DNA of 64,000 nt from Verrucomicrobiales bacterium (GCA_965229245.1 CBDDIW010000002.1:97017-161016); one strand, 5' to 3'. Shown: positions 9,315-19,146, numbered from the stretch's first letter. Notes: a model not told the origin generated them from the letters alone. Translations and numbers: made by a program.

Positions 9315-10745
9315 ATGCCAGACCGTCAGGAGTTCATCCCAGGGAGGGCGTTGTCTTTTCCCGGCCAGTCCCCCGCGACCGCCATCCGCCGCGTGGTGCT
9401 GCTGCTGGTGTGGATTTACTGTCTTTCGTGGTCCGCGGACTTTCGCGGCACGTCCCAGGGGGGCTCGGCTTTTCAGTTCCTGACATTCTCCATCACCGCC
9501 GCGGCGGGCCTGGCGCTGGCCATCATCGGGTGGAAAGTGCTCTTCCGGCGCCCGCTGGGGTGGCTGGTGCTACTCTGGATGATCTTCCTCGCCTCTTCCA
9601 TCGTGGTGGCCGCGGTGCAGCGGGTGAATCCGGGCAATTACTTCCGCACCATCCTGCCGTGGGTGCTGGTGCTCACGAGCATGATCATGTGCCAGACGGC
9701 GGCGGGATTCGGCCTGAGCTTGAAGCAAGTGCTCCGGCCCATGCTGCTGGCGTGTGCCATCAATGTGGTCTGGCGGGCGTTTTATGCCATGGCTATCTCG
9801 GGCATCGATCCCGAACTCATCCGTGTGGAGATGCTGAGCCAGAGCCTCCCGCTGCTCATGGCACTGCTCACCTGCGGGCTTTTCCTCCAGCGGTCGTGGC
9901 CGGTGTGGCCGGTGCTGCTGGGCGGGCTGGGCATTGCGTCCTATGTTTTCAGCGTCACGCGCAGCGCTGTATTCATCGTGGGCGCGGCCCTGGCGGGTGC
10001 TCTTCTGGCGCTTTACGTGAGCCGACGGAGGGGAAAACTGCCGCCTGGTTTCGGCACGCTGAAACTGAAGCACTTCGCGGGGAGCCTGGCCGCGCTGGTG
10101 GTGCTCTTCGGGCTGTTCGTCACCGCCAATCCTCACGTCATCGACCGCTGGGATGAACGCCTCTTCCACGCGGCCGGCAGCGAATCCTCCAGCATGGACC
10201 CGTCCACGCTAACAAGACTGGCGGAAACGAAGGCCTTCATCAAAATCCTGGATGACGACCCGCTGAACTACTGCGTGGGCATGGGCATCGGGCAGAGTTA
10301 TTACTGGGACGAATCCTTCACCCCGGAGCTCTGCGCCTACACCTACGGTGACGTGGATGCCTTCCGCGCCAGCTACCGGGAGATCTGGTTTCCGGGACAC
10401 GCCATCTGGACCTACGCCATCTTTTCCGGGGGACTCTTCAGTCTGCTCTGTCACCTGCTGTTTTTTATCACCGGCACCGCCATTTGCTGGCGGGCGGGGA
10501 AAACCGCGGCCATGAGTGGCTCCATGCCCCTGGAACTCGCCTGGCTGCCCTTTTGCGGACTGCTCGCGTTCATCAGCGCAAGTTTGACATTCAATCCTTT
10601 CATCGAGCGCGCCGCCGGGCTTGTGCTGGGGTTCATCGTGGCCCTGCCTCAGTTCATCATACGGGATACGGTGAAGCATGGTGCCGTCACCCGGCGGAAC
10701 GCGGCTCCATTTAACTCTCCGTTTCCCCACAGGGTCACCGCATGA
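9315..10745 (+). CDS. Wzy-like polysaccharide polymerase (O-antigen ligase-like family)
   Basis: About 10-12 TMs; S.TRS motif; large periplasmic loop with TR...GMGIG and a conserved His (PGHA); position in the cluster. Confidence 0.75.
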   Translation: MPDRQEFIPGRALSFPGQSPATAIRRVVLLLVWIYCLSWSADFRGTSQGGSAFQFLTFSITAAAGLALAIIGWKVLFRRPLGWLVLLWMIFLASSIVVAAVQRVNPGNYFRTILPWVLVLTSMIMCQTAAGFGLSLKQVLRPMLLACAINVVWRAFYAMAISGIDPELIRVEMLSQSLPLLMALLTCGLFLQRSWPVWPVLLGGLGIASYVFSVTRSAVFIVGAALAGALLALYVSRRRGKLPPGFGTLKLKHFAGSLAALVVLFGLFVTANPHVIDRWDERLFHAAGSESSSMDPSTLTRLAETKAFIKILDDDPLNYCVGMGIGQSYYWDESFTPELCAYTYGDVDAFRASYREIWFPGHAIWTYAIFSGGLFSLLCHLLFFITGTAICWRAGKTAAMSGSMPLELAWLPFCGLLAFISASLTFNPFIERAAGLVLGFIVALPQFIIRDTVKHGAVTRRNAAPFNSPFPHRVTA

Positions 10746-12106
10746 ACGGGATCGACTATCAGAAAAAACGGACCCGCGGGATCATCCTCGCCGTGGCCAC
10801 CTCGATCCTCAGCAAGGGCGGCAATGTCCTGCTGATGCTCGTCGCCATTCCCCTCGCCTATCATGTGCTGGGGGAACAGCGCGCGGCCATCTATGGAGTG
10901 ATGCAGTCCCTCATGTGGATGGTGTCCATGGCGGACCTGGGCACCGGCCCGGGCATGGTGCGCCGTCTGGCGGGGGCCGTGGCGGAGGAGGACCGGGAGC
11001 GCCAGTCGGCGGTGGTTTCCACGGGATTCTTTCTTTCCCTCGTGCTCGCGCTGGGAGCGGGAGTGCTTTTCTCCGCCCTCCTTACGTGGGTGCCGGTGAC
11101 CACGCTTTTCGGCGACGCCTTCGCCCCCTATGCCGGGGAACTGCTGGAGACCGCCTGGGTGAGCCTGGCCATTTTCCTGATCCTCATGGTCTTTGCCTCT
11201 CTGGAGCGGGTTCGGGAGGGATTTCAGGAAGTGCACATCGGGAACACTTTCGGATCGGTGTATAACGTCACCGCCGCCGGGATCCTGTGGTTTGGCATGC
11301 GGCATTTTCACACGCCCGTGTTTCTCATCCTAGCGGTTTACGGGCTGATGATCCTTTTCTCCGCCGCGAACGTGACGGCTCTCCTGTGGAAACGTCCATG
11401 GCTGCGCCCCTCCCCGCGGCGTATGGATCGCTCGGTGGTGCGTGGCATGACACGGGAAGGGCTGGCACTTTTTGCCGCGGGCAGCGTGGCTCCTATCCTG
11501 GTACGGGAGGCTCCGAAATTCATGCTGGGCCGCGCCGGCTCCCATGAAGTGACGGAGGTGGCGCACTACTGGGTGCTCATACAACTGGGGCTCATCGGCA
11601 TGGGTTTCATCATGATGGTCACGCGTCCCCTGTGGCCGGCCATGGCGGAGGCTGCCTACCGGCAGGACTTCTCCTGGATCCGCTTCGCACGCCGGAGGAT
11701 GATGCAGCTCGCGCTGCCGTGCGCGGTGTTCATCGTGGGCGGCTTCTCGCTGCTGGGGCCATGGTTCACGGAGTGGTGGCTGAAGACCAGCAGCGGTCTT
11801 ACCCGGCTGCATCTCACCGCCTACGGTGTCCTCTTTGTCCTCACCGCCTGGTCCCACCTGCATTACATCATGCTGGGCAGCCTGGGGTTGGCCAAGGCGG
11901 CGGCCAAGGTGCTGCTCACGGAGGCAGTGCTCATTCTTTTCCTGACGTGGTGGGGCATTCAGTGGAACGGGCTCGCGGGGGCGATCATCGCGGGGTGCAT
12001 TGGCATGACGCTGCTTTCAGCCTGGGCCATGCCGCTGCTCCTGTTCCGCGCGCTGAGGAACCGGACCGGGCCGGAAATGGAGACGCCAGGGATGGTGCCG
12101 GCGTAA
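10742..12106 (+). CDS. Wzx-like flippase (MATE/MOP family)
   Basis: About 12 TMs; ADLGTG motif; ATGA overlap with the upstream gene. Confidence 0.8.
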   Translation: MNGIDYQKKRTRGIILAVATSILSKGGNVLLMLVAIPLAYHVLGEQRAAIYGVMQSLMWMVSMADLGTGPGMVRRLAGAVAEEDRERQSAVVSTGFFLSLVLALGAGVLFSALLTWVPVTTLFGDAFAPYAGELLETAWVSLAIFLILMVFASLERVREGFQEVHIGNTFGSVYNVTAAGILWFGMRHFHTPVFLILAVYGLMILFSAANVTALLWKRPWLRPSPRRMDRSVVRGMTREGLALFAAGSVAPILVREAPKFMLGRAGSHEVTEVAHYWVLIQLGLIGMGFIMMVTRPLWPAMAEAAYRQDFSWIRFARRRMMQLALPCAVFIVGGFSLLGPWFTEWWLKTSSGLTRLHLTAYGVLFVLTAWSHLHYIMLGSLGLAKAAAKVLLTEAVLILFLTWWGIQWNGLAGAIIAGCIGMTLLSAWAMPLLLFRALRNRTGPEMETPGMVPA

Positions 12107-12174
12107 TTTTACAGCCGGTTTACAGACAGTCCCGCGGGACGGGCGATGGTTTCCTCACAACCATCCGTCCCATC

Positions 12175-12732
12175 ATGAAAGCCACACTTCTCCTCTTCAC
12201 CGCCGCCCTCACACTATCCGTCACCGCCGGCCCGCCCGCCCCGGTGCAAAAACAGAGCCCCGCCATTTCCCAAAGGGTCGCCCTCTCCATTCCGAACCCG
12301 CAGATCGACTACGACCGCTTCCTCCAACTGGCCGTCAGCACGACAGCCACGCGGGAAAGCAACCGGCTGACGGAGGAGCAGTTCCTGACCGCCGCGAAGG
12401 AACCCGGCACCATCGTCCTCGATGCCCGCAGCGCGGACAAATACGCCCTGCGCCACATCAAGGGAGCGATCAGCCTGCCCTTCACCGATTTCACCGCGGA
12501 ATCCCTGGCAAAGGTGATCCCGTCCAAAACCACGAAGGTGTTGATCTACTGCAACAACAACTTCACGGGCAGCCCGGTTTCCTTCGCCAGTAAGAGCGCC
12601 CCCGCCGCGCTGAACATCTCCACCTTCGTGTCGCTGGTCGCTTATGAATACAGCAATGTCTATGAGCTGGGCCCCCTCAAGGATGTGAAGAACACGAAGA
12701 TCGAATTTGAGGGCACGGAGGTCCGGAAGTAG
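12175..12732 (+). CDS. Secreted rhodanese-like domain protein
   Basis: Signal peptide from ATG 12175; VLDARS, HIKGA, LIYCNNNF active-site loop. Confidence 0.8.
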   Translation: MKATLLLFTAALTLSVTAGPPAPVQKQSPAISQRVALSIPNPQIDYDRFLQLAVSTTATRESNRLTEEQFLTAAKEPGTIVLDARSADKYALRHIKGAISLPFTDFTAESLAKVIPSKTTKVLIYCNNNFTGSPVSFASKSAPAALNISTFVSLVAYEYSNVYELGPLKDVKNTKIEFEGTEVRK

Positions 12733-12777
12733 CCATCCGGGATTTTCCTCCGTGCCCTCCGGTCCCCGGAAGGTCTG

Positions 12778-14157
12778 TCATTCCCCGTAGTTGAACGGAT
12801 CCGCGAACTTCGGATCAGTCGGCAGACTGGTGTCCGTGAGCGTGCGGAGGAAAGCCACCAACGCGGCCTTTTGCGCGGCGCTCAGGTTCAGCCGGCTGGG
12901 CGCGCCGCCGGGGCCGCGGAGGGGCGGGGAGAGGTTCGGGTGATTCACGACCCCCGAGTTATAAAACTCCACCACCTGCTCCAGGGTGGCGAAACGTCCG
13001 TCGTGCATATACGGCCCGGTGAGCGCGATGTTCCGCAGGGACGGCACCTTGAAGAGCCCTTCATCCTGGGGGCGGCCGGTGATGGCCCCCACACCTTTGT
13101 CCACATAGGGATTCTCCAGTCCGTTGTTATTGATGGCCGGACCGGGGACAAAGTTATCCGTGCCGTGGCACGCGGCGCAGTTTCCGGCACCGTTGAAGAT
13201 CTGACGGCCCTGATTCTCCTGGGCGGTGAAATTGGTGAAGTTCGAGGTCACTCCGGCATCGTATTTCGTATGCGTGGAAACGATGGCCCGGACGAACTGA
13301 GCCAGCGCCCGGGAGATGCGGTCGGAGGTCACCGCGGGAGTGCCGAAGGCATTCGTGAACAGCGTCTGGTAGTAAGGCTCGGCGGCCACGCGTTTCTCCA
13401 GTTCGGGAAGCGTGAGACCCATCTCCACGGCATTCTGGATGGGCTGCAACACCTGGATCTCCAGAGTGGCGGAGCGTTCGTCCCAGAAGAACGCCCGCCT
13501 TTGATACCACCGGGCGTTGGCCAGGCCCATGGCATTCCGCGAAGTAAGACCGCCCGCGAAGCCGGTGCTGAACCGGTTAGGATCCGAAAACCCGTTTTCC
13601 TGACGGTGGCAAGAGGCGCAGGAAATGGTGTTATTGAGCGATAGCCGTTTGTCGTAAAAGAGCACGCGCCCCAGCGTGGCTCCGGCATCCGTCACTGGAT
13701 TGTTCGCCGGGGTATTGTCCTGCGCCGTGATAGGCTGGACGCGGAAGGAGGCGGGCAGCACGGGATTCGCAAAGCTCGCGGTGGTGACCGGTGTCAGCAG
13801 CGCGGAAGTGAGCGTGCTGGTGGTGGCCGTTTGCTGGAGGGGATTGTAGGTGGCGCGGTAGAACTGCAAAGAGGGAGCAGTCGCGCTGTCGATGCTGTAG
13901 CGGAATCTTCCGTTGTGAACCTTGCAGGTGTAAATGGTGGTCCAGTCCACCAGATTCGAGGAGGCCTCCATGGCCCAGGCGTGATTCCCGGGATCCGTGA
14001 TGTCCAGATGGGTCAGGATGGAGCCTGATCCTTGGGTAAGTTGCAGGGACGAGCCCTCGGGCAACTGCGCGGATGCCGGAAGGACGGTGGCAAAGGCCGC
14101 TGCGGTCAACAGAGGAAGGCGGGCGGCGCGGCGGTTTTGGGTGGTGCCTGGTTTCAT
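12778..14157 (-). CDS. Di-heme cytochrome c peroxidase (CcP/MauG family) with an extra N-terminal domain
   Basis: GRVLFYDKRLS, CASCH, FFWDER, CAACH, FKVPSLRN, PYMHDG; signal peptide from ATG 14157. Confidence 0.92.
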   Translation of the reverse strand: MKPGTTQNRRAARLPLLTAAAFATVLPASAQLPEGSSLQLTQGSGSILTHLDITDPGNHAWAMEASSNLVDWTTIYTCKVHNGRFRYSIDSATAPSLQFYRATYNPLQQTATTSTLTSALLTPVTTASFANPVLPASFRVQPITAQDNTPANNPVTDAGATLGRVLFYDKRLSLNNTISCASCHRQENGFSDPNRFSTGFAGGLTSRNAMGLANARWYQRRAFFWDERSATLEIQVLQPIQNAVEMGLTLPELEKRVAAEPYYQTLFTNAFGTPAVTSDRISRALAQFVRAIVSTHTKYDAGVTSNFTNFTAQENQGRQIFNGAGNCAACHGTDNFVPGPAINNNGLENPYVDKGVGAITGRPQDEGLFKVPSLRNIALTGPYMHDGRFATLEQVVEFYNSGVVNHPNLSPPLRGPGGAPSRLNLSAAQKAALVAFLRTLTDTSLPTDPKFADPFNYGE

Positions 14158-14279
14158 AACACCGCGAAGACTGCGCCCGCGGTGTAAAATCCGTATGTGC
14201 GGAAGGCGGGTTTTTGTAAACGCACCGTAAATCATCCACCCGCTCTTGAAGCCTCCATGGCGGCAGACAACAAGTGACA

Positions 14280-14654
14280 ATGACTCACTTTCACCATCAG
14301 CAGCAGCACCGCCGCCATGGAGAGGAGCAACTGCTAACGACCTACACCGAACCCGATATGTCTGAAGACTGGCAGTTCAAGATTGTGTATGGAAATTATA
14401 CCACCAGAGAAAAGGTGGAGGCTGTCATGAGCGAGCAGGCGGAGTATGGATGGAAGTTCGTTGAGAAATTCGATGATACACGCATCCGCTTCAAACGTTC
14501 CGCCACCGAGGCATTGAACGACGCGGGACGTTCAGGCAATCCTTATAAAGCCACAAGCGACGTGACTGGCGGCTGCGCATTCAGAGCCGCAGCACTGGTC
14601 TTCATGGTCTCCGTCCTCACGATTACGATAACGGTGCGACTGATGATGAAGTGA
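14280..14654 (+). CDS. Small membrane-anchored hypothetical protein
   Basis: W-x-FKI...GWKFVEKFD..RIRFKR core and a C-terminal TM. Start is GTG 14274 or ATG 14280. Confidence 0.6.
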   Translation: MTHFHHQQQHRRHGEEQLLTTYTEPDMSEDWQFKIVYGNYTTREKVEAVMSEQAEYGWKFVEKFDDTRIRFKRSATEALNDAGRSGNPYKATSDVTGGCAFRAAALVFMVSVLTITITVRLMMK

Positions 14655-14663
14655 CGCGCCCGA

Positions 14664-15431
14664 TTACTTTAAGACACGCCTGACCGGCACGCCCCGGGTA
14701 CCCAGGTATTCCTTCACGCCACCCACGGTGTATTCGCCAAAGTGGAAAATGCTGGCGGCGAGCACGGCGTCCGCTTTTCCCTCGGAGAGCACGGTCACCA
14801 TGTGGTCCAGATTTCCCGCGCCGCCGCTGGCGATGACGGGGATGGTCACGGCCTCGCTGACGGCCCGGGTAAGGGCCACATCGTAGCCGGCCTTCGTGCC
14901 GTCCGCGTCCATGCTGGTGAGCAGGATCTCCCCCGCCCCGCGGCGGCACACCTCCGCCGCCCAGGCCACGGCGTCCAGTTCCGTGGGACGGCGCCCGCCA
15001 TGCGTGAACACGCGCCAGGTGCCATCCCCGTTGGAACGCGCGTCGATGGCGACCACGATGCACTGACATCCGAAAACGCCCGCGCCTTCATCGATGACAT
15101 CCGGATTCTGGATGGCGGCGGTATTCACGCTCACCTTGTCCGCGCCCGCCCGGAGCATGGCTTTCATGTCGTCCACCGTGCGGATGCCGCCACCCACCGT
15201 GAGGGGCATGAAGCAGCGCTCCGCGGTGCGCTCCACCACATCGATCATCGTGGAGCGTCCGTCCGAAGACGCGGTGATGTCGAGGAAAACGAGTTCGTCC
15301 GCGCCCTGGTTGTTGTAAGCCACGGCACACTCCACGGGATCGCCGGCGTCACGGAGTTCGAGGAACTTCGTGCCCTTCACGACCCGGCCTTTGTCCACGT
15401 CGAGGCACGGTATGATGCGTCTGGTCAGCAT
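14664..15431 (-). CDS. hisF: Imidazole glycerol phosphate synthase cyclase subunit
   Basis: [46 protein letters not shown]. Confidence 0.98.
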   Translation of the reverse strand: MLTRRIIPCLDVDKGRVVKGTKFLELRDAGDPVECAVAYNNQGADELVFLDITASSDGRSTMIDVVERTAERCFMPLTVGGGIRTVDDMKAMLRAGADKVSVNTAAIQNPDVIDEGAGVFGCQCIVVAIDARSNGDGTWRVFTHGGRRPTELDAVAWAAEVCRRGAGEILLTSMDADGTKAGYDVALTRAVSEAVTIPVIASGGAGNLDHMVTVLSEGKADAVLAASIFHFGEYTVGGVKEYLGTRGVPVRRVLK

Positions 15432-15477
15432 GGGGCAGTGATGACCGCACCCCGGCGGGAATCAAGCCGGGGGTTTT

Positions 15478-15972
15478 TCATTCCCGCAGCATCCGCTGCA
15501 TGTAAACCACGTCCAGCAAACGGCCAAACTTCCGCCCGGCCTCCCGCATCCGGCCGCACTCCACAAAGCCCAGCCGGGCGTGCAGAGCGATGCTGGCCTC
15601 CTGGTCCGCCGAGATGAGGGCGATGACGGTATGCAGGTCCGGCTCCTCCGCCGCGCACCGGAGAAGTTCCTCCATGAGCAGGCGGCCCACGCCCTGACGC
15701 TGGTGCCCGTGATGGACATACACGGAATTTTCCACCGTCCCGGCATAGGCCTCACGTTTGTGAAAGGGAGACAAGCTCCCCCATCCGATGACCTCGCCAT
15801 CCTGTTCAGCGACGATCACTGGATGCACAGGCTTCCGGCCCGCGAACCATGCCTCCCGGCCCTCCCCGGTCTCCGGCACGATCTGATAGGTGCAGGTGGA
15901 GATGAGGACGTAGTGATTGTAAATGGCATTGATCGCCGGGAGGTCGGCGGCAGTGGCGTCGCGGAGGGTCAT
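15478..15972 (-). CDS. GNAT N-acetyltransferase (phosphinothricin/methionine sulfoximine acetyltransferase family)
   Basis: IYNHYV, TVENSVYV, QRQGVG, SIALH..LGF, GRKFGR.LDV. Confidence 0.9.
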   Translation of the reverse strand: MTLRDATAADLPAINAIYNHYVLISTCTYQIVPETGEGREAWFAGRKPVHPVIVAEQDGEVIGWGSLSPFHKREAYAGTVENSVYVHHGHQRQGVGRLLMEELLRCAAEEPDLHTVIALISADQEASIALHARLGFVECGRMREAGRKFGRLLDVVYMQRMLRE

Positions 15973-16010
15973 GTGGGGAGGAGGTAGGGCTGGAAAGGAC
16001 GCGTGCACGC

Positions 16011-16045
16011 AAAAAAACGGGCCGCGATGGAAATCGCGGCCCGTT
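16011..16045 (-). terminator. Intrinsic terminator of the blue copper protein gene
   Basis: 13-bp perfect stem aacgggccgcgat/atcgcggcccgtt, 4-nt loop, T-run on the minus strand. Confidence 0.85.
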
Positions 16046-16070
16046 CCGGGAAGGTCTTCGGAGGAAGAGG

Positions 16071-16595
16071 TTACTTCGTCACCTTCAGCACGCCGTTCAT
16101 GAGGCGCCAGTGGCCCACGTAGGTGCAGAGGTAGGGATAGTCGCCCGGCTCCGTGGGAGCGGTGAACTCGATGAGTTCCTTCTGACCGATGCCGATGAGT
16201 TTCGCGCCCTTGGCGAGAATGTCGTCGCTCTCCGGAACGAACTGCTTTTTCATGCTTTCGGCCATGTCCAGCGCCATCTTGTCGGCGAGAGCGCCCACTT
16301 TGTCACGGGTGCCCGGCTTCACGAGGATGAAGTTGTGCATGAGCGCGCACCGCTCATTCTGGAAGAGGATGACGACCTTCTGGCCGGCCTTCACCGTCAG
16401 TTCCTTCTTGTCGAACTGCATCACGTTCGGTACGACGCCGAGCTTGATCTTGGCCACTTCCCCTTCAGCCGCGGGAGCGGCAGGGGCCGCGGGAGCCGGT
16501 GCTGGAGTGGCCGGAGCAGCGGGTTTCGCGTCCTGCGCGACGGAGAGCAGGGAGCCGGCGGCGAGACTCAGGAGAGAGAGGAGGAGTTTCTTCAT
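16071..16595 (-). CDS. Azurin/auracyanin-like blue copper protein
   Basis: Signal peptide, Pro/Ala linker, MHNF and CTYVGHWRLM type-1 copper ligands. Confidence 0.9.
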   Translation of the reverse strand: MKKLLLSLLSLAAGSLLSVAQDAKPAAPATPAPAPAAPAAPAAEGEVAKIKLGVVPNVMQFDKKELTVKAGQKVVILFQNERCALMHNFILVKPGTRDKVGALADKMALDMAESMKKQFVPESDDILAKGAKLIGIGQKELIEFTAPTEPGDYPYLCTYVGHWRLMNGVLKVTK

Positions 16596-16823
16596 GTGTT
16601 GATGGTGTCCAGGGACGAAGGCCGGGCGGAAAAACCAAGCCGCTCCACGCTACGGATGCGCGGATACCCGTCTTTCATTGCTGCAAAAAGCAGGAGAACA
16701 AGCCGGGTTTTGCGCCGATGAGGAATTTTCTGGTTCCCGGGACAAAATTCAGATTTTCAACGCCCCAAGGCTCCCCATAGTCGCCCGCCGTCCCAACCGC
16801 CTCTTCTTTTTCCATTGCCGCCT

Positions 16824-18092
16824 ATGTCTGAAGCACCACCCAACACCATCCGGACCAAACTATTCATCATGATGATCCTGGAGATCGCCATATGGGGAGC
16901 GTGGCAACCCAAGATCTTCGCCTACATGGGCATGCTGGAGTTCACCGCCTGGCAGCAGGCGCTGGTGGGCAGCGTCTTCGGGATTGCTTCCATTCTCGGC
17001 ATCTTCTTCAGCAATCAGTTCGCGGACCGTCACTTCGCCGCCGAGAAATTCCTCGCCGTCTCCCACGCGCTGGGTGGCGCGGCGCTGATTGGCGCGGCCT
17101 ACGCGACCAGCTTCTGGCCGTTCTTCGCATTGTTCTGTCTTTACGGTATCCTCTACGTCCCCACCATTTCGGTGACCAACTCCCTGGCCTTCGCGAACCT
17201 CAAGGATCCCGCCAAAGACTTCGGGTTTGTGCGCATGGGCGGGACCATCGGGTGGATCGTGGTCTCATGGCCATTCGTCTTCCTCCTCGGTGAACACGCC
17301 GGACCTTCGGATGTGAAGAACATCTTCGTGGTGGGCGGGGTCATTTCCTTCCTGATGTCGTTCTACAGCCTGATGCTGCCTCACACCCCGGCGCGCAAGG
17401 ATGCGGCGGGTCTGGATAAACTCGCCTGGCTCAAGGCGGCCAAGCTGCTAAGCACGCCCTTCGTTCTGGTTCTCTTCCTTGTGACCTTCATCGACGCCGT
17501 GATTCACAACGGCTACTTCGTGGTTTCCGACGGCTACCTCACCAACCGGGTGGGCATCGCGGGGAACATGAGCATGGTCGTCATGAGCATCGGCCAGGTG
17601 GCGGAGATCGTGACCATGCTGGTGCTTGGAACGGTGCTCGCAAAGCTGGGCTGGAGAACCACGATGATCATCGGCATCCTGGGCCATGCGCTGCGCTTCG
17701 CCGCGTTCGCCTACTGCCCGGATATGCAGTGGCTCATCATCGGAGTCCAGGTGCTGCATGGCATCTGCTACGCCTTCTTCTTCGCCACGGTCTATATCTT
17801 CGTGGACGCTGTATTCCCGAAAGACATCCGTTCCAGTGCCCAGGGGCTATTTAATCTCCTGATCCTGGGAGTGGGCATGGTTGTGGCCAGCTTTGTGTTC
17901 CCGCAACTTCTCGAGCATTTCACCACGCATACGGTGGTGGAGGGGGTTAAGGTGGACACCGTTGATTACCAGTCCCTCTTCCTCGTCCCGACAGCCCTGG
18001 CGGTCGCGGGCATCCTGATTCTCGCCATCTTCTTCAAGCCGCCGACCAGGGCCCCGCAGGGAGACATTGGAGGTTCCGCCCCCGCTCACTGA
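16824..18092 (+). CDS. MFS nucleoside:H+ symporter family transporter (NupG/YegT-like)
   Basis: 12 TMs; ADR.F.AEK, VRMGGTIGW, GQVAEI, LHGICY.FFF, RSSAQGL. Confidence 0.9.
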   Translation: MSEAPPNTIRTKLFIMMILEIAIWGAWQPKIFAYMGMLEFTAWQQALVGSVFGIASILGIFFSNQFADRHFAAEKFLAVSHALGGAALIGAAYATSFWPFFALFCLYGILYVPTISVTNSLAFANLKDPAKDFGFVRMGGTIGWIVVSWPFVFLLGEHAGPSDVKNIFVVGGVISFLMSFYSLMLPHTPARKDAAGLDKLAWLKAAKLLSTPFVLVLFLVTFIDAVIHNGYFVVSDGYLTNRVGIAGNMSMVVMSIGQVAEIVTMLVLGTVLAKLGWRTTMIIGILGHALRFAAFAYCPDMQWLIIGVQVLHGICYAFFFATVYIFVDAVFPKDIRSSAQGLFNLLILGVGMVVASFVFPQLLEHFTTHTVVEGVKVDTVDYQSLFLVPTALAVAGILILAIFFKPPTRAPQGDIGGSAPAH

Positions 18093-18154
18093 GCTGAAAA
18101 ACAGACCCGGCGGGTAATTCCCATCCGCCGGGAAATTCTTAGCCTCTAATTAAT

Positions 18155-18195
18155 AAAATGCTCTCCGGGCCAGACCCGGAGAGCATTTTGTTTTT
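18155..18195. terminator. Probable bidirectional terminator between convergent genes
   Basis: 15-bp perfect stem aaaatgctctccggg/cccggagagcatttt with A/T-rich flanks. A second hairpin lies at 18106-18132. Confidence 0.75.
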
Positions 18196-18238
18196 ATGGA
18201 TGGGAGCTGAGCTCTTGAGCCCTGCCCCGGCAGGGCTC

Positions 18239-18862
18239 TCAATGTACTTCCGGCTTGAGATAGTCCCTGATCACCTGCGTCAGATCCCCGCCAGCGGCCT
18301 TTTCCTTGAGGTGGAACTCCAGGCCGTCTGCGGCGGCGGCTTGCAGCGGGTGGCCGGGCCGGTCGCGAATGAGCGCCCAGGAGGGGAGCAGCACGTCCAG
18401 CGGGCGGTCGTAGAGATTCAGGCCCAGCACATCCATGGCTTCCTGCTTCAAATCCCCGGCGAGGATGAGGGGGAGGAGATGCTCTTTAAAGTCCCCGTTC
18501 TTCACGAGATACACGGCGCGGACGGCGGCGGCTTTCGCGCGGTCCGGAGTGTCCTCCCGCATCATCCGGGTGAGGACCACCATTTTGTCCGCCAGCGGTT
18601 TGGGGCTGTCCGCGAAGGTATTGAGGTCCTTGATGGTCCGGGGTGAAGGCTGATCCGCCGCCGGACGGGCGGGCGGTGATGCCACGGTGGAGGCGGTTTC
18701 CCCAGGAAGCGTGGTGGCGCCACCAGGGGCGGTGGAGGCCGTGACGGACGGCACGTGGCCTGCCGGCACCGGGGGTTGCCCGGGAGCCTCGCGGTCTCTC
18801 AGGAGCACATAGATGAGCGCGAGGGCACAGGCGGGCAAGGCGAAGCGGTTGAGGATTTTCAT
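18239..18862 (-). CDS. Hypothetical membrane-anchored/secreted helical protein
   Basis: N-terminal hydrophobic segment from ATG 18862, Pro/Thr/Ala linker, helical C-terminal domain. Confidence 0.65.
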   Translation of the reverse strand: MKILNRFALPACALALIYVLLRDREAPGQPPVPAGHVPSVTASTAPGGATTLPGETASTVASPPARPAADQPSPRTIKDLNTFADSPKPLADKMVVLTRMMREDTPDRAKAAAVRAVYLVKNGDFKEHLLPLILAGDLKQEAMDVLGLNLYDRPLDVLLPSWALIRDRPGHPLQAAAADGLEFHLKEKAAGGDLTQVIRDYLKPEVH

Positions 18863-19146
18863 CGTTTGATGGCCGGAGAGAACCCCCCGCCAGCCCCGGC
18901 GGCAAACCGTGTTCGGCAACGTTTTCGGGAACGCCACATAAACGACAGTGACGAAAACGTCATATTGGCCGTCACAAAGAGAGTATATCCATCCTGACAA
19001 TATCGTTTCATGTCAATTTCTTTGCAGAGCGGAAGTCGCGCCGCGGGCAGCCACCGCTAATAACTTGCCCCGCCAGGAGATCGCGGCGCACACCGCGAAC
19101 CCCAGGAAAACGCACCACTGCAAAAGTCCTTATCCACAAACAAAAT

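Noticed and set aside
11632-12174. N-terminal extension of the rhodanese ORF
   Set aside because: Off-frame overlap with wzx; the signal peptide starts at 12175.
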